A stretch of 35,385 nt of DNA, from positions 1-35,385 of the IMG/VR virus record IMGVR_UViG_3300036797_000127; one strand, 5' to 3'. Every line of letters starts with the position of its first letter. Position 1 is the first letter of the stretch. Below are positions 7,027 to 17,100 of the stretch, piece after piece. The notes beneath the pieces are model-generated. The model was not told where the DNA came from. It made no database searches and saw only the letters and a program-made list of their open reading frames with translations. Position numbers and translations under genes: made by a program. This stretch comes from a virus. Taxonomy: Duplodnaviria; Caudoviricetes.

Positions 7027-10000
7027 TTAAACTGCGGCAGCTCCGGCGAATCCTCGGCCTACTTGCGCCGATAGCTGATAAACCTTGATCGAGACGGAGG
7101 CCTGCGGTGATCCGAAATCGGTTGTCTGGTCCGCGGCGCTGTAGCTCGCCGTCGGCGAGCTCGCGGCGATCGTGCGCACCACGGTCGAGCCGTTCAGAAT
7201 GTCGACGCTGTAGGCTTCGCTCGATTCACTCAGCGGAACGGGATCCTGCGAAAGATTCATCCAGCCGACGCGCGTGCGGCGAACCCACGCGATCGTCAGG
7301 TTGTGGCTTCCATCGCGAGTTCCGGCCATGTGCACTGGCGCGTACGGTTTCAGATCATTTCCCGCGATCGTGAAATTCTGCGGCGAGACGAGCGTTGGAT
7401 CCGCTCCGGCCGTAACGCCTTTTTTGTAGTGAAGCTGCCCGACGATCGAGAGCGGGTCCTGAATTCTCTGCACGCCTGTACCTGGCACGGTCGCCTGCTC
7501 GCCTACTGCATGCGTGCCGCAGGCCCATTCCGTTCCGCGTCTCCCGCGCAGAAGCCCGGAAAGCGTCCACGACCCGTCTGCGTTGTGCACGGCCGTCGTG
7601 AATTGGATGAGCTCACTTCCAATGATTACCGCGTTCGATCCGTTTAGGACATTGGCCGGCGTGTCGCCCGCGAAGGTGCCGCGAATAAGTTGGATTGTGA
7701 CAGTGTTGACGTTGTCCCAGATCCAGGGAGATCGCGCCGGCGGACCGAGCACGGTGGTCGCATAACCGAACGTCACTGGCCGACTTGAGGTCGATTCCTG
7801 CAGGAAGTTCACGTCGTCCGTCGAATCCAAGAGCGCGCCGCCGTTCCAGGTGGGCGAGGGAGAGCTAAGAGCATAATAAAATCCCGTGTTCTGCGGGTTG
7901 CTGTCCACGTCGCGCAGAAGCGGAATATCGAAAAGGAAAAGTAACGTGGGCGCGAGGGTTTGTACGGCATTGTTGGGAAGCCCAAGACCTGCGCCGCCGG
8001 TGGCAGCGGAATTGAAGACCTCGGAGAATTCGCTTACTCCCTGCAGGGCAACGGCGCGGCCCTGGCCGATGGAGTTTTCCGCGACGCGCATCTGAAAGGC
8101 CAGCGTTTCATAGTCGAAGCCGATCACGTCGGTGGGATCGAGAAGCAGATAACTCGCGCGCCAGAGATTCGTTTTATAAGAACTGCGCTCAAGCCAGGAC
8201 AAATACAGCGCCTTAACCGCCACTTGCCGCGCCCAGTCCGAGGTCATCGTCATGGGAATTTCGAGAATTGTCTGCTGCTTCGTTTTTACGATGCGGACGT
8301 TGCGGCCCTTGAGCTGTTTATTCTGTTGGAAGTCCAGCGTGGGATCGTTGTGCGTCACCGTGAATTGCTTCGGCAGGTCCTGCTCCTGTGCGATCTGCTC
8401 CTCGAGCTTGGCCATGTCGGAGAGAAGTCCAAGGTCGGCCTCCGGAATTGTGAGAGCTGCAGGCAATCCGCGCGGAACGAATTTCATGGTGCCGTTTGTT
8501 TCGCAGGCGTCGAAGAAATACGCGTGCATCAGCACTTCCAGAATCTTCGCGGCCGGCGTCGGATGGTCGATGAGATAACCGGGCACGAGATTCGTCGGCG
8601 TGAGCGGAGTCTGGATATTCACCGGAGCGCAGAGCGTATTGTCAATTTGCGGATCGGTGAGCCCAGCGCGCTCGCAAATGTCGTGCAGCACGTCAGGCTT
8701 CGGCGTGACAGCCGTTGGGGGAAGCGTCGCCGGTGGTTTGAATGTCGCCCAGCACCCCGCGCCACCGTCCCCGAAATTGTCGAAATAGAACGACCAACTG
8801 TCGCTCACGTTAAATCCGCCACCGCCCACCGGATAGGCGCCAGGGAGAGCTCCAAAAGCGGATACGAAAATGCGCGTTCCTGCTCCCGTGGAGGCGCCGA
8901 CCGGCGTATTCAGTGTGATTTGCACGGCGGGCGGCTCCGTTAGCGGGTTATCTCCAATGATTGCGTTCGGCTGTGAATATGCGGCCGCGAAACATGCCGC
9001 CAGAAAATCTCCTGGCTGGCTAGAATGGCCAGAGGTGGAACTCCCAGTCGAACCCTCCAGATCGTCCGTCCATGCGCCGCCGTAGTCGGGAACCCACGTT
9101 CCAGGAAGAACGTAAATTTCGTAGCTGACGCTGGCGCCGGCCGCCACAGTGATCGTGTTGGCGCCAGCCGAAGCGTGGGCATACAGGATCTGAACCGAAG
9201 AATTTTCACGGCCCAGCGGTCCGCTGGATACGACACTGTTGTAAACATTTCCCTGACTGTCCGAGACGGAGATCGCTCCGCCTCCGCCGGCATAGCCCGC
9301 GGGAACTCCCACCGTGATGACAATCGTGTCTCCGGAGTTCAGCGGCGCGAGTGGAATGGTCGCGGGCGACGTGCTGGCCGCCGCGAGCACCTGCGTCGGC
9401 ACGCCATAGTTCGAGAGAAGATTTGTGGTCCGGGTATAGGTAATCTCGGCGCGGAAGCTGGGAATGCGATCGGCGAAATTGCCAAGCCACAAGTTATCCC
9501 AGACGCAGTAGTTCAATCCGCGAAATGCAGGCGTGAGCGCCTCAGTTTCCGACGCCTGAATCAGCGAATCTGGAAGCTGCGCCTCGTCTCCTGGATAAAA
9601 TGTCGGCGGGGGATAAAGTTGTTGAAGCGGAATCCAATATAGCGCCGTATAGCTGCCATTCGGACCATTCACCGTAAAAGTTTGATTGGAAGCCGGATTA
9701 ATCGCCCCTACGGTCCCATTGTTCGTCGCGTTTTGCGCAATGTACAGGACCCCGTTGAAGCTCACAATATCCCCTGAAAGATATTCCGTGTTAACGTCCC
9801 AGGGCGGATAGATGCTGATGATCTCCCAATTCCTGTTGGACTGGCTGGGAGCAGAGTTTGTATTCGTGGCGATGCACTGCCACACCTGCCCAGCGAAGTT
9901 TACTTGGTTCCCCGGATTGTAAAGCTCCGTCGAACTCCATGCGGGCCAGTCGCTGACGGGCGAGGTGTTCGTGCCACCGGGATTCGCATCGTAAATCAGC

Positions 10001-10350
10001 TTGGAATCCGCCCATATGCGAGTGATGACACCTGGACCCTCGCCGAACGAAACGGCCAAGCTCGCGGTAAATACGTAAGACCCTTTTGGCCCATAATCGA
10101 CGCCGCTAAATAATCTGCTGAGGGCCTGCTTCTTACCTCCGGCGCTATAAGTAATTCCAGTAGTCCAGATCACGTTCCCGGCCACGCGGCAGGTTCCGTA
10201 CCCGAATGGAATCGGCGCGCCGTTCGTGCCCGTCATCACCTGCAGATCACGCAGCGGAGGCAGCGGCGTCTTCGGACGGTTCAGTAGCCGATAGATCATC
10301 AGGCCGACGTCGAAGGCGGCCTGCACGGCAACGATTGCGATCAGCGCCAT
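7027..10350 (-). CDS. Central tail-tip / host-specificity protein (RcGTA g15 megatron-like, Phage-tail_3)
   Basis: GAPIPFGYGTCRVAGNVIW, PAFRGLNYCVW...FADRIPSFRAEI, LSGLLRGRRGTE, WVRRTR; internal CBM5/12-like repeats. Confidence 0.88.
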   Translation of the reverse strand: MALIAIVAVQAAFDVGLMIYRLLNRPKTPLPPLRDLQVMTGTNGAPIPFGYGTCRVAGNVIWTTGITYSAGGKKQALSRLFSGVDYGPKGSYVFTASLAVSFGEGPGVITRIWADSKLIYDANPGGTNTSPVSDWPAWSSTELYNPGNQVNFAGQVWQCIATNTNSAPSQSNRNWEIISIYPPWDVNTEYLSGDIVSFNGVLYIAQNATNNGTVGAINPASNQTFTVNGPNGSYTALYWIPLQQLYPPPTFYPGDEAQLPDSLIQASETEALTPAFRGLNYCVWDNLWLGNFADRIPSFRAEITYTRTTNLLSNYGVPTQVLAAASTSPATIPLAPLNSGDTIVITVGVPAGYAGGGGAISVSDSQGNVYNSVVSSGPLGRENSSVQILYAHASAGANTITVAAGASVSYEIYVLPGTWVPDYGGAWTDDLEGSTGSSTSGHSSQPGDFLAACFAAAYSQPNAIIGDNPLTEPPAVQITLNTPVGASTGAGTRIFVSAFGALPGAYPVGGGGFNVSDSWSFYFDNFGDGGAGCWATFKPPATLPPTAVTPKPDVLHDICERAGLTDPQIDNTLCAPVNIQTPLTPTNLVPGYLIDHPTPAAKILEVLMHAYFFDACETNGTMKFVPRGLPAALTIPEADLGLLSDMAKLEEQIAQEQDLPKQFTVTHNDPTLDFQQNKQLKGRNVRIVKTKQQTILEIPMTMTSDWARQVAVKALYLSWLERSSYKTNLWRASYLLLDPTDVIGFDYETLAFQMRVAENSIGQGRAVALQGVSEFSEVFNSAATGGAGLGLPNNAVQTLAPTLLFLFDIPLLRDVDSNPQNTGFYYALSSPSPTWNGGALLDSTDDVNFLQESTSSRPVTFGYATTVLGPPARSPWIWDNVNTVTIQLIRGTFAGDTPANVLNGSNAVIIGSELIQFTTAVHNADGSWTLSGLLRGRRGTEWACGTHAVGEQATVPGTGVQRIQDPLSIVGQLHYKKGVTAGADPTLVSPQNFTIAGNDLKPYAPVHMAGTRDGSHNLTIAWVRRTRVGWMNLSQDPVPLSESSEAYSVDILNGSTVVRTIAASSPTASYSAADQTTDFGSPQASVSIKVYQLSAQVGRGFAGAAAV

Positions 10351-10842
10351 TTAGGAATCGACTCCCGGGTAAATGAACACGCCGGCGATCCGCGATCGCC
10401 AGCGCTCGTCGAGACGAACTTCCACAATCCTCCCTTGAATGGAACTTCTGAGGCGCACGGGATACGGGAAAATCAGGCCGAGGCCGTCTCCCTGCGGAAA
10501 ATCGCTGACGATCCCGCAATGAGAAATCGAGTTCGGCGCGCGCAGCCCGAGAACATCGCCGGGCTTTGGCGCTTCGCCCTCGGCCCGCTGAAGGAGACGC
10601 GCGCGGCAGCCCTCGTGAATCAATTCCTGATGCGGCTGCGGGCCTATGTCCATGTAATCGGTCCTCAGAATGGGGATCCCGAACATGTCCACAAGCCCGA
10701 GATCCTCGCCGACGCACACGAGGAGCCCCGCGCAGTCGATCTCCGCGCTGCGGCCGCCGCCAGGGCGTCCGCGCCCCTGGTGGCGAAAGGCCATGCCCAC
10801 GTACTCGCGCGCCTTCGCTACAATTTGATTTCTAGCCGGCAT
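10351..10842 (-). CDS. NlpC/P60 tail-tip peptidase
   Basis: AREYVGMAFRHQGR...IDCAGLL...PGDVL...HCGI; position between hub and megatron. Confidence 0.9.
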   Translation of the reverse strand: MPARNQIVAKAREYVGMAFRHQGRGRPGGGRSAEIDCAGLLVCVGEDLGLVDMFGIPILRTDYMDIGPQPHQELIHEGCRARLLQRAEGEAPKPGDVLGLRAPNSISHCGIVSDFPQGDGLGLIFPYPVRLRSSIQGRIVEVRLDERWRSRIAGVFIYPGVDS

Positions 10843-11761
10843 TGGGATAGTTGAGAATTGCGTCCATTCCAGGGATGAACGGTTCACCGCGAAAATTCAC
10901 AGTGTTGTTGTACTTCTGATGGCAGTCATAGATGGTGTGATTGCAGCCCGGCTCAATCGTGAACGTGTCGCTCGCCGCCGGCAGCACCTGCCCGAGCGGA
11001 AGGAAGAGAACAAGCGTCGTGCCGTCCCAGCTTTTGATTTCCACACTCACTCCATTCAACGCGCCGCTCGTGAACGTGAGAATGCCGTCGTCGAACCATC
11101 CGACGGGCGCCGGCGCGGTCGGGGTTGCGGATCCGACTTGCAGAAGTCCAGAGGCCGGCACAATCGTGAATTGGTTCGTCACACTCGACATGGATCCCGA
11201 CTGGCGATATGTGGTCACATCAATCTTGCAGAGCCAGGTGGAAAGCATGTCGATGCCGTTGAGGCCCGAGCCGAACTGCGCCCGACAAATCGGCCCGTAG
11301 CTGTCGCCGAGGACCGTTCCAAAACGATAGGCAAGCCCGCGATGTTCCGCCGTCCACATTCCGTTTTTCAGCTTGACGACGCCGAGCGTGCCCGTGCGGA
11401 TGAGCACATGGCCCATGGTGAGATCGTTCCAGTTGACGACCATTAGCGAAACGAGCGCGTCATCATATTTGTTTTCGCGCAGGTCCTGCTCAGTGATGGC
11501 AGAGGAATCGATGAAGCCCTTCACTTCCGTGTTGTCGACGCTCACATCGCTTTTTCCTGCGATTGCCGAGGTGCTGTAGCCGGTTTTGGAGAGGTAAGTG
11601 ATGGAGCCGTCGCCAGAGCTGTCGTCGTAGGCGATGTCCACGTCGTGCGAGCTAAATCCCAGGAGCGTCCCGTCGGCTCGCTTTACTTTCCAAATCCAGG
11701 CGAGCGTGGTGGGATTGGCCGTAGCGAGGTGGGCCTGCATTGCGGTCGAAGCGATTTTCAT
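10832..11761 (-). CDS. Baseplate hub, DUF2163 / Phage_BR0599 (GTA g13-like)
   Basis: W.VKRADG..LGFSSHD; CRAQFG...C; GCNHTIYDCHQKYNNTVNFRGEPFIPG; ATGA overlap at 11758-11761. Confidence 0.92.
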   Translation of the reverse strand: MKIASTAMQAHLATANPTTLAWIWKVKRADGTLLGFSSHDVDIAYDDSSGDGSITYLSKTGYSTSAIAGKSDVSVDNTEVKGFIDSSAITEQDLRENKYDDALVSLMVVNWNDLTMGHVLIRTGTLGVVKLKNGMWTAEHRGLAYRFGTVLGDSYGPICRAQFGSGLNGIDMLSTWLCKIDVTTYRQSGSMSSVTNQFTIVPASGLLQVGSATPTAPAPVGWFDDGILTFTSGALNGVSVEIKSWDGTTLVLFLPLGQVLPAASDTFTIEPGCNHTIYDCHQKYNNTVNFRGEPFIPGMDAILNYPNAG

Positions 11762-12276
11762 TGTTGGACGTAGGACATTGAATAATTCTGCACTGGAGAG
11801 GTCCCGCCATCTTTGTAGCAAATGGCGTTTGCAGAAGGGACAACGAACTGCGGACTGGTGAATGGATAAACAGCGCTTGCTGAAGTGGTCCAAGCGCCTA
11901 GGAATGCCGTTTGTCCGGAAGCGCAGTTCGTGCCGGTTCCATAAACCAGCGAGAAGGTCGGCGAAGTTCCACTGACGCCATCGATGTTAACCGAGCAAAC
12001 GAAAATACTCTTGCCGCTCACAAGGCCCACAATTTGCACTGCCGAGGTTCCCGAGGTTACCCCGGCGACGGAAGCAAGCGTTGCTGCGGGATTTGTGCAT
12101 GGATTTCCGCCAGATGCTTGCGTGACACGCTGCGTTCCGCCGTCAACCGCTCCCGCATTCATCGAAACAGCGGTTCCTCCAAACTGAGACACGTTGACGG
12201 AGGACGGCTGAGATACATTCAATTGCGGCAGCGCAGCGAACAGTGCAATTGCCGCGAAGGATAGAAATGCTCGCAT
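11758..12276 (-). CDS. Signal-peptide-bearing beta-rich protein
   Basis: MRAFLSFAAIALFAALPQ; beta-sandwich-like body with four Cys; translationally coupled on both sides. Confidence 0.8.
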   Translation of the reverse strand: MRAFLSFAAIALFAALPQLNVSQPSSVNVSQFGGTAVSMNAGAVDGGTQRVTQASGGNPCTNPAATLASVAGVTSGTSAVQIVGLVSGKSIFVCSVNIDGVSGTSPTFSLVYGTGTNCASGQTAFLGAWTTSASAVYPFTSPQFVVPSANAICYKDGGTSPVQNYSMSYVQQ

Positions 12277-12942
12277 CTATTGCAGTCCGTTAATTTCGAG
12301 ATTGATGGCGCTTGCCGTGCCCGCAATCGCCGTAATTCCCGACGTGAATGTCACTCCGTCGATCGGTATACGGACGTTTGAATTTGCCGGAATGGAGAAA
12401 TCTGCATTGCCGCCCAGCCAGATGACGGGTGTTCCAGCCTTATCCGCCAGCCGAAGGGTAACGGCAGAATTAGTAATATTGTTCGCATAGGCGAACGTAA
12501 CGCATGTCGTAGTGCTGGTGACAGTGGTACCAGTGGTGGTTGCAACTTGAGAAGTTGCGCTGGAGAAGTTGGTTGATTGCGTGCAGGAAGATGGAACAGC
12601 GCGCACGATTCCGATATTTGCCGTTCCGCCAACAATACCTTCGGTCCAAGTCCCGCTTTCGGTCACCGGAAGCGAAGCATTGTCCGCGGTGACGTGGATC
12701 GTGCGGGCGGAAGTATCGCCGGTCGGCATAGAATGTCCCGAGCCGTCATTTGGAGTAACGAGCCAAGGGGTTGTGTTCGGCGTGTTCCCAGGCTGAACGG
12801 TCCATGCGCCGCTTTGGGTTACCGCCCCTCCGCCAGCGCCATTGGATTGTTGCATCTGAGCGAGTGGTGGACGAGCAAAGATCATTCCCAGTGTCACGAG
12901 GGCCAAGAAAGCCAAACCGATTCGAAGTGTGTTCTTTTTCAC
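12277..12942 (-). CDS. Signal-peptide-bearing fibre/spike-like protein
   Basis: GTG with AAGGAG; MKKNTLRIGLAFLALVTLGMIFARPPLA|Q; VTQSGAWTV / VTESGTWT repeats; C-terminal GVTFTSGIT. Confidence 0.8.
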   Translation of the reverse strand: MKKNTLRIGLAFLALVTLGMIFARPPLAQMQQSNGAGGGAVTQSGAWTVQPGNTPNTTPWLVTPNDGSGHSMPTGDTSARTIHVTADNASLPVTESGTWTEGIVGGTANIGIVRAVPSSCTQSTNFSSATSQVATTTGTTVTSTTTCVTFAYANNITNSAVTLRLADKAGTPVIWLGGNADFSIPANSNVRIPIDGVTFTSGITAIAGTASAINLEINGLQ

Positions 12943-12953
12943 AAATCTCCTTT

Positions 12954-13250
12954 TTACAGAATGAATTCAACAATCGCCGTCGCGGTGGCTGAAACCGACT
13001 TGAGATAGGTCACCGCGTCGCCTTCTTCGTATCGCGGGGACGATCTTCCGTGCGGGACCGCAATTAGAGCGTATGGACCATTCATCTGGTAGCAGGTCTG
13101 ATCATTTTCCATGTCGGAACAGCGAAGCATCGGACTGCCATCAATGGTGCCGATGATTCCAAAATAACTGCACGATGCCGGCGCTTCGATCGGAGTCCAA
13201 TTGGCTGAAGTCAGGGCGAATGTACGAATATATGGGTGACATTCAGACAT
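12954..13250 (-). CDS. Hypothetical small virion-region protein
   Basis: 98-aa beta-rich ORF directly after Dit. Confidence 0.7.
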   Translation of the reverse strand: MSECHPYIRTFALTSANWTPIEAPASCSYFGIIGTIDGSPMLRCSDMENDQTCYQMNGPYALIAVPHGRSSPRYEEGDAVTYLKSVSATATAIVEFIL

Positions 13251-13258
13251 TTTTGCCC

Positions 13259-13912
13259 TCAGTAATTCGGCGGACGCGTTTCCATTAGAACGACGCCGTG
13301 GATCCCCACGACTGGCTGCCCCGAACCTACGGCCGATTCCATGACTTCGATCGGTAGTTCGTCCGTGTCAAAGCGCACCGGATAGTGAAATTGGAAATCG
13401 ACAGCCGTTCCGGCGCTTTGTCCCGTCACGATTCCGGTCGTGTAATCCACCGTGACCGGCGTTGTCGTGCCATGCAGAAAAACTGTGTTCGCGAGGGCGT
13501 TGCCCTGGTAGTCGAGTACGGAGGAAGTGATCGGCTTTGTGATCACGCGCTGATACGTGCGGCCGCCAATCACATAATTTTTCACGAGCTGGACGTTCCC
13601 GTTCACCGTGGCCAGAGCTTGGTTTATGCCCTTGTAATCCAGATGATCCTTCAGACGGAACGAATCGGCCTTGCCGCCGACCACGAGATGGAAGGAGTGC
13701 AGAATATCGACCCATGATTGTCGCGTGCCGGAAAATTGCGCCACGGAAGGAGTTTCGAGGGATACGGTCCACTTGCCGCGCGAGTTCGACCAGTTGCGGT
13801 TGCGCTGCTCCTGGCCGGAGAGGCCTTCGTTCACCTGCGTCGAAAATCCGGAAGGACTGCCGAGCCGGTGATAACCGATGCCGCGCGGAAACTCGACTTC
13901 AAAGAAGGACAT
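13259..13912 (-). CDS. Distal tail protein, DUF2460 (GTA g12-like)
   Basis: MSFFEVEFP...SGQEQRNRNWS...FRLKDHLDY...FHYPVRFDTD. Confidence 0.92.
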   Translation of the reverse strand: MSFFEVEFPRGIGYHRLGSPSGFSTQVNEGLSGQEQRNRNWSNSRGKWTVSLETPSVAQFSGTRQSWVDILHSFHLVVGGKADSFRLKDHLDYKGINQALATVNGNVQLVKNYVIGGRTYQRVITKPITSSVLDYQGNALANTVFLHGTTTPVTVDYTTGIVTGQSAGTAVDFQFHYPVRFDTDELPIEVMESAVGSGQPVVGIHGVVLMETRPPNY

Positions 13913-13922
13913 AGGCTAAAAT
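13893..13922 (+). promoter_or_regulatory. Candidate sigma70-type promoter for a leaderless antisense gene
   Basis: TCGACT(13893)-18-TAAAAT(13917); ATG 13929 lies 6 nt after the -10 box. Confidence 0.5.
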
Positions 13923-13928
13923 AACTCC

Positions 13929-14153
13929 ATGCTGCGACGTCACTTTATTAAGTTGCTCCCTTTTCTTCCGATGGTCGGATCTAAGCTGAGCAACACAGTT
14001 GATCCGCGACGCGTTGACGAGAACTTGAATTTTCATGGTGAGCCGTTCATTCCTCTTATGGATGCGGTCATGGATTACCCAACTCGCTATAAAATTGGTG
14101 ACGAAGTGAGTGGTCTTGACGGGCAAATTCGAAAAGTTATCGAAACTAATTAG
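13929..14153 (+). CDS. Antisense 74-aa moron containing a baseplate-hub C-terminal mimic
   Basis: Fills the TMP-Dit gap on the opposite strand; NFHGEPFIPLMDAVMDYP versus hub NFRGEPFIPGMDAILNYP. Confidence 0.75.
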   Translation: MLRRHFIKLLPFLPMVGSKLSNTVDPRRVDENLNFHGEPFIPLMDAVMDYPTRYKIGDEVSGLDGQIRKVIETN

Positions 14154-17100
14154 CCTCTCGCCCTGGCAAGTTCCATTTGCGCATGCAGCCCCGCATAGAT
14201 TTGGCTCTGCGAGCGCCGGAAGCTGTCGTGATCCGAAACGCCGTGCACATGGAAGTTGACCGTCGTTTCCCTCGCGCCACCGCCGCCAGGCGATGAGGAC
14301 GACGGTGAAGCGGAACGCGCTGCGCGGCCGATAAAGACCTCTGGATGGTTCTCGCCAACGACGTAGGAATGGCCGGGGGTTACGTCGCCGCCCGCGGCGC
14401 GGAATCCGTCAAAGGCCTGTCCGACGCCCGCCAGTGGATTATTTTCCTGCGAGGATTTCATCAATGAAAATGAGGGAATGATCGTTCCTGAACTTTTTGG
14501 CACGAACAGTTCCGGGCCTTTTTCACCAACGATGTATGCGCTGCCGTGATCCGCAGGTCCGCCCGAAGCGCGGAATCCGGCGAATATATTGAAAATATCG
14601 GAAAACAATCCTCCACCAGACCCAGGGTCGCTTGAATCTCCTCCGCCTCCCCCTCCGCCAAACAAACCGCCCAGCATGGAAAGTAGTCCGCCGCCTGATG
14701 TCGATCCGCTCGAATCTCCTCGACTGGAATCGCTAGACGTTCCTCCGAACAGGCCGTCTAACGTCGAAAGAAGGCCGCTCCCACCGCTCGAATCCGACTC
14801 TGGACTGAGTAGGGACATAAGTCCGGTCGAAGATTTCCCCGAACCGAAACCAGGACCGAGAGGAAGATTCCCGGTGAGATCGCCGAGAATGCCACCGCCG
14901 CTGTTATCGGTGGCCGCGCCGAAAACAGAAGATCCAGCCGTCGCCGTCAGAACATATATGGGATCGTTTGATGATCCGGTCGGAGCCGACCCGCCTCCGC
15001 CTGTTTTTATGCCGAATACTTTGGCAATCGAACCGATGATTCCGCCGGGGCCAGAGCTTGTCGTGTTACCAGGGGAAAGGAAGGGCGGAGTCGTCGCTGT
15101 TCCGGGAGCACCCAGTATCGAACCGTACGAACGGCCGCTACCGAATCCCGGACCGAGCGGAAGTTTTCCAGCTCCCACTTCCTGCACGAAGAGCGGGTTG
15201 CCGGACGATTCACCGCGCTTTCCTTCAAGGCCAGGAATCTTGATGCCGATGGCTTTCTCAAGCGAGCCGGCTGCCGATTGAAGTTGAATCTTGATCATCG
15301 ACTCCGCGAAGCCCTCGAACATCTGCTTGAAGTTCGATTTCCCGGTGACGATCAGCTTCGCGATATTGTCTTCGACTCCGCCAATCGCTTTGTTCATGGC
15401 GTCGGCGATTTTTCCGCCAACATCCTCCGCATCGAGCGCGACCTGGTTGAGAACCGCGTGCATCTGTTCGCCGAACGAGCCGACCTTGATAGCCGCCTGG
15501 TCCCATTGCTCGATTTGCTGGCGCTGCGCGTCGTAAATCGCTGCGTCGATGAGAAGCGTCGAGGCTCCCTCCGACTGGATCAGCTCGCGGACCTGTTCAA
15601 GTTTCTGAATCCGATTGTTGTATGCAGCGGCGATGTCGTATTGCGCGGCTTCTTGAGCGATGGCGGTTGCGTACGCTTGATTGCTTTGCGTGCGGAGCGC
15701 TTCATTCTCCGCGTTAATTTGTTCCACGGATGCGCCCGGGTGCGCCTGTGTCCAGCGGTAAAGTTCCAGCGCGACCTGCGCGGCACGCACGGCCTGCTCA
15801 TTTTCGAGATAGGCGTGATTCAGGGCTTCGACGAGCGGAGTCGCACCTTGTAATTCTGCGGCCTGTTTGTTGAGTTCGGCGTCGATTCCCAAATCGCGAA
15901 GCGTGGCCGCCTGCGTTTTCAGAGCGCTGAATTTCTCCGTCGCCGCATCAATCGCTGCGGAGAGTTGCGAGAGGGCTGGAGACGGTCCCTGTCCTTGCTC
16001 CTTGCCGACAATGCCGATTCCAGGAATCGCCTGAAGCCGCGCGTATTCATCGCGCAGGTCGTCGATCTTGTCTTTTTCGGCTGCGAGTTGCTTGTCGATT
16101 TCGGCGGAGGCGACGGCCGCGGGACCTTTGCCGTACGAGGCCGAAACTTCAGTCAGGGAAGCGATTTGCTTGTCGAAGTCGTCGGATTTCTTCTGAAGCT
16201 CATCGCTCGTCGAGCTGCTGGCCTTCGCAGCGGCAATTTGCGCATAGAGTTTTGTGAACTGCGGAGCGGCAGCATCGAGCGCCGCCAGTTCCTTGCGGAC
16301 ACCAGCGATGCGCGCAGAGATCCTTGCAGATTCTTCGCCCGTCGAGGTCGAAAGCTGCTCCTGTAGCGATTTCTGCTCCGTGAGCAGCCCGTTGCGAACG
16401 TCCTGAACTTTCTGCGCAGCTTCGGCGGCCGCCTTCTGGAACATCATGGCCGCCGTGGTGCGGTCCATCGCTCCGGCGAGCGAAAGCTCTGCGGTCGCTT
16501 GGGCCTGCAACTTCGCAAGGTCTTCGCCAACTACGTCCTTGGTCGATACACCCAGCCCTTTGCTTTTTGTGGCCGTGTCAATATTAGCAGAGCCCTGCCT
16601 GTGGACTGGAACCATCCATCCAGTTCGATCGCCAGGGCTTGTATTTTTTACAAACGCGGCAAAGTCTGACCATATTCCCTTAGAGCTCTGAACGTCATCC
16701 TTGAGGCTGGAGGTCCATTTCGAGGAATAAGTTTTTAGTCCTTCGGCGAATCCTTTAAAGTTTACAGTTAGCAACGCACGGGATAGATCATTCGCCAATT
16801 CGACGATGTATTCCAGTTGGGCGCCAAATCCAACAAGCGCGATCGCCGCTTGGTTTACGGCCGTCCAGATTGCGTCCAGCGGAACGGCGATCATTCTCGT
16901 CAGTTCAGCAATAGCGTGCGCCCATTTGTTTGCTCCTTCCGCGCTGGATTCAAAAGAACTGGTTATGGCGCTCAGAAGCGGGAGTAAGTCGCGCGCGAGC
17001 GTCAGTGCAAATCCGTTGGCGATAGCATCGAGCTCCCCGAGTTTTAGAGAGAACTGATGGGCAGCTTGCGCCGTTTCTCCGTTTACGACTATTCCGAATC

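Noticed and set aside
7960-8943. Long plus-strand ORFs opposite structural genes (also 14589-15281, 17399-18232, 20289-21032, 25049-25879)
   Set aside because: Shadow frames of GC-rich minus-strand genes, with no motifs or initiation signals.
10844-14081. Hub/moron similarity as a DGR template-variable repeat pair or an invertible-segment boundary
   Set aside because: Differences are not adenine-specific, DNA identity is modest, and no reverse transcriptase or invertase is in the window.
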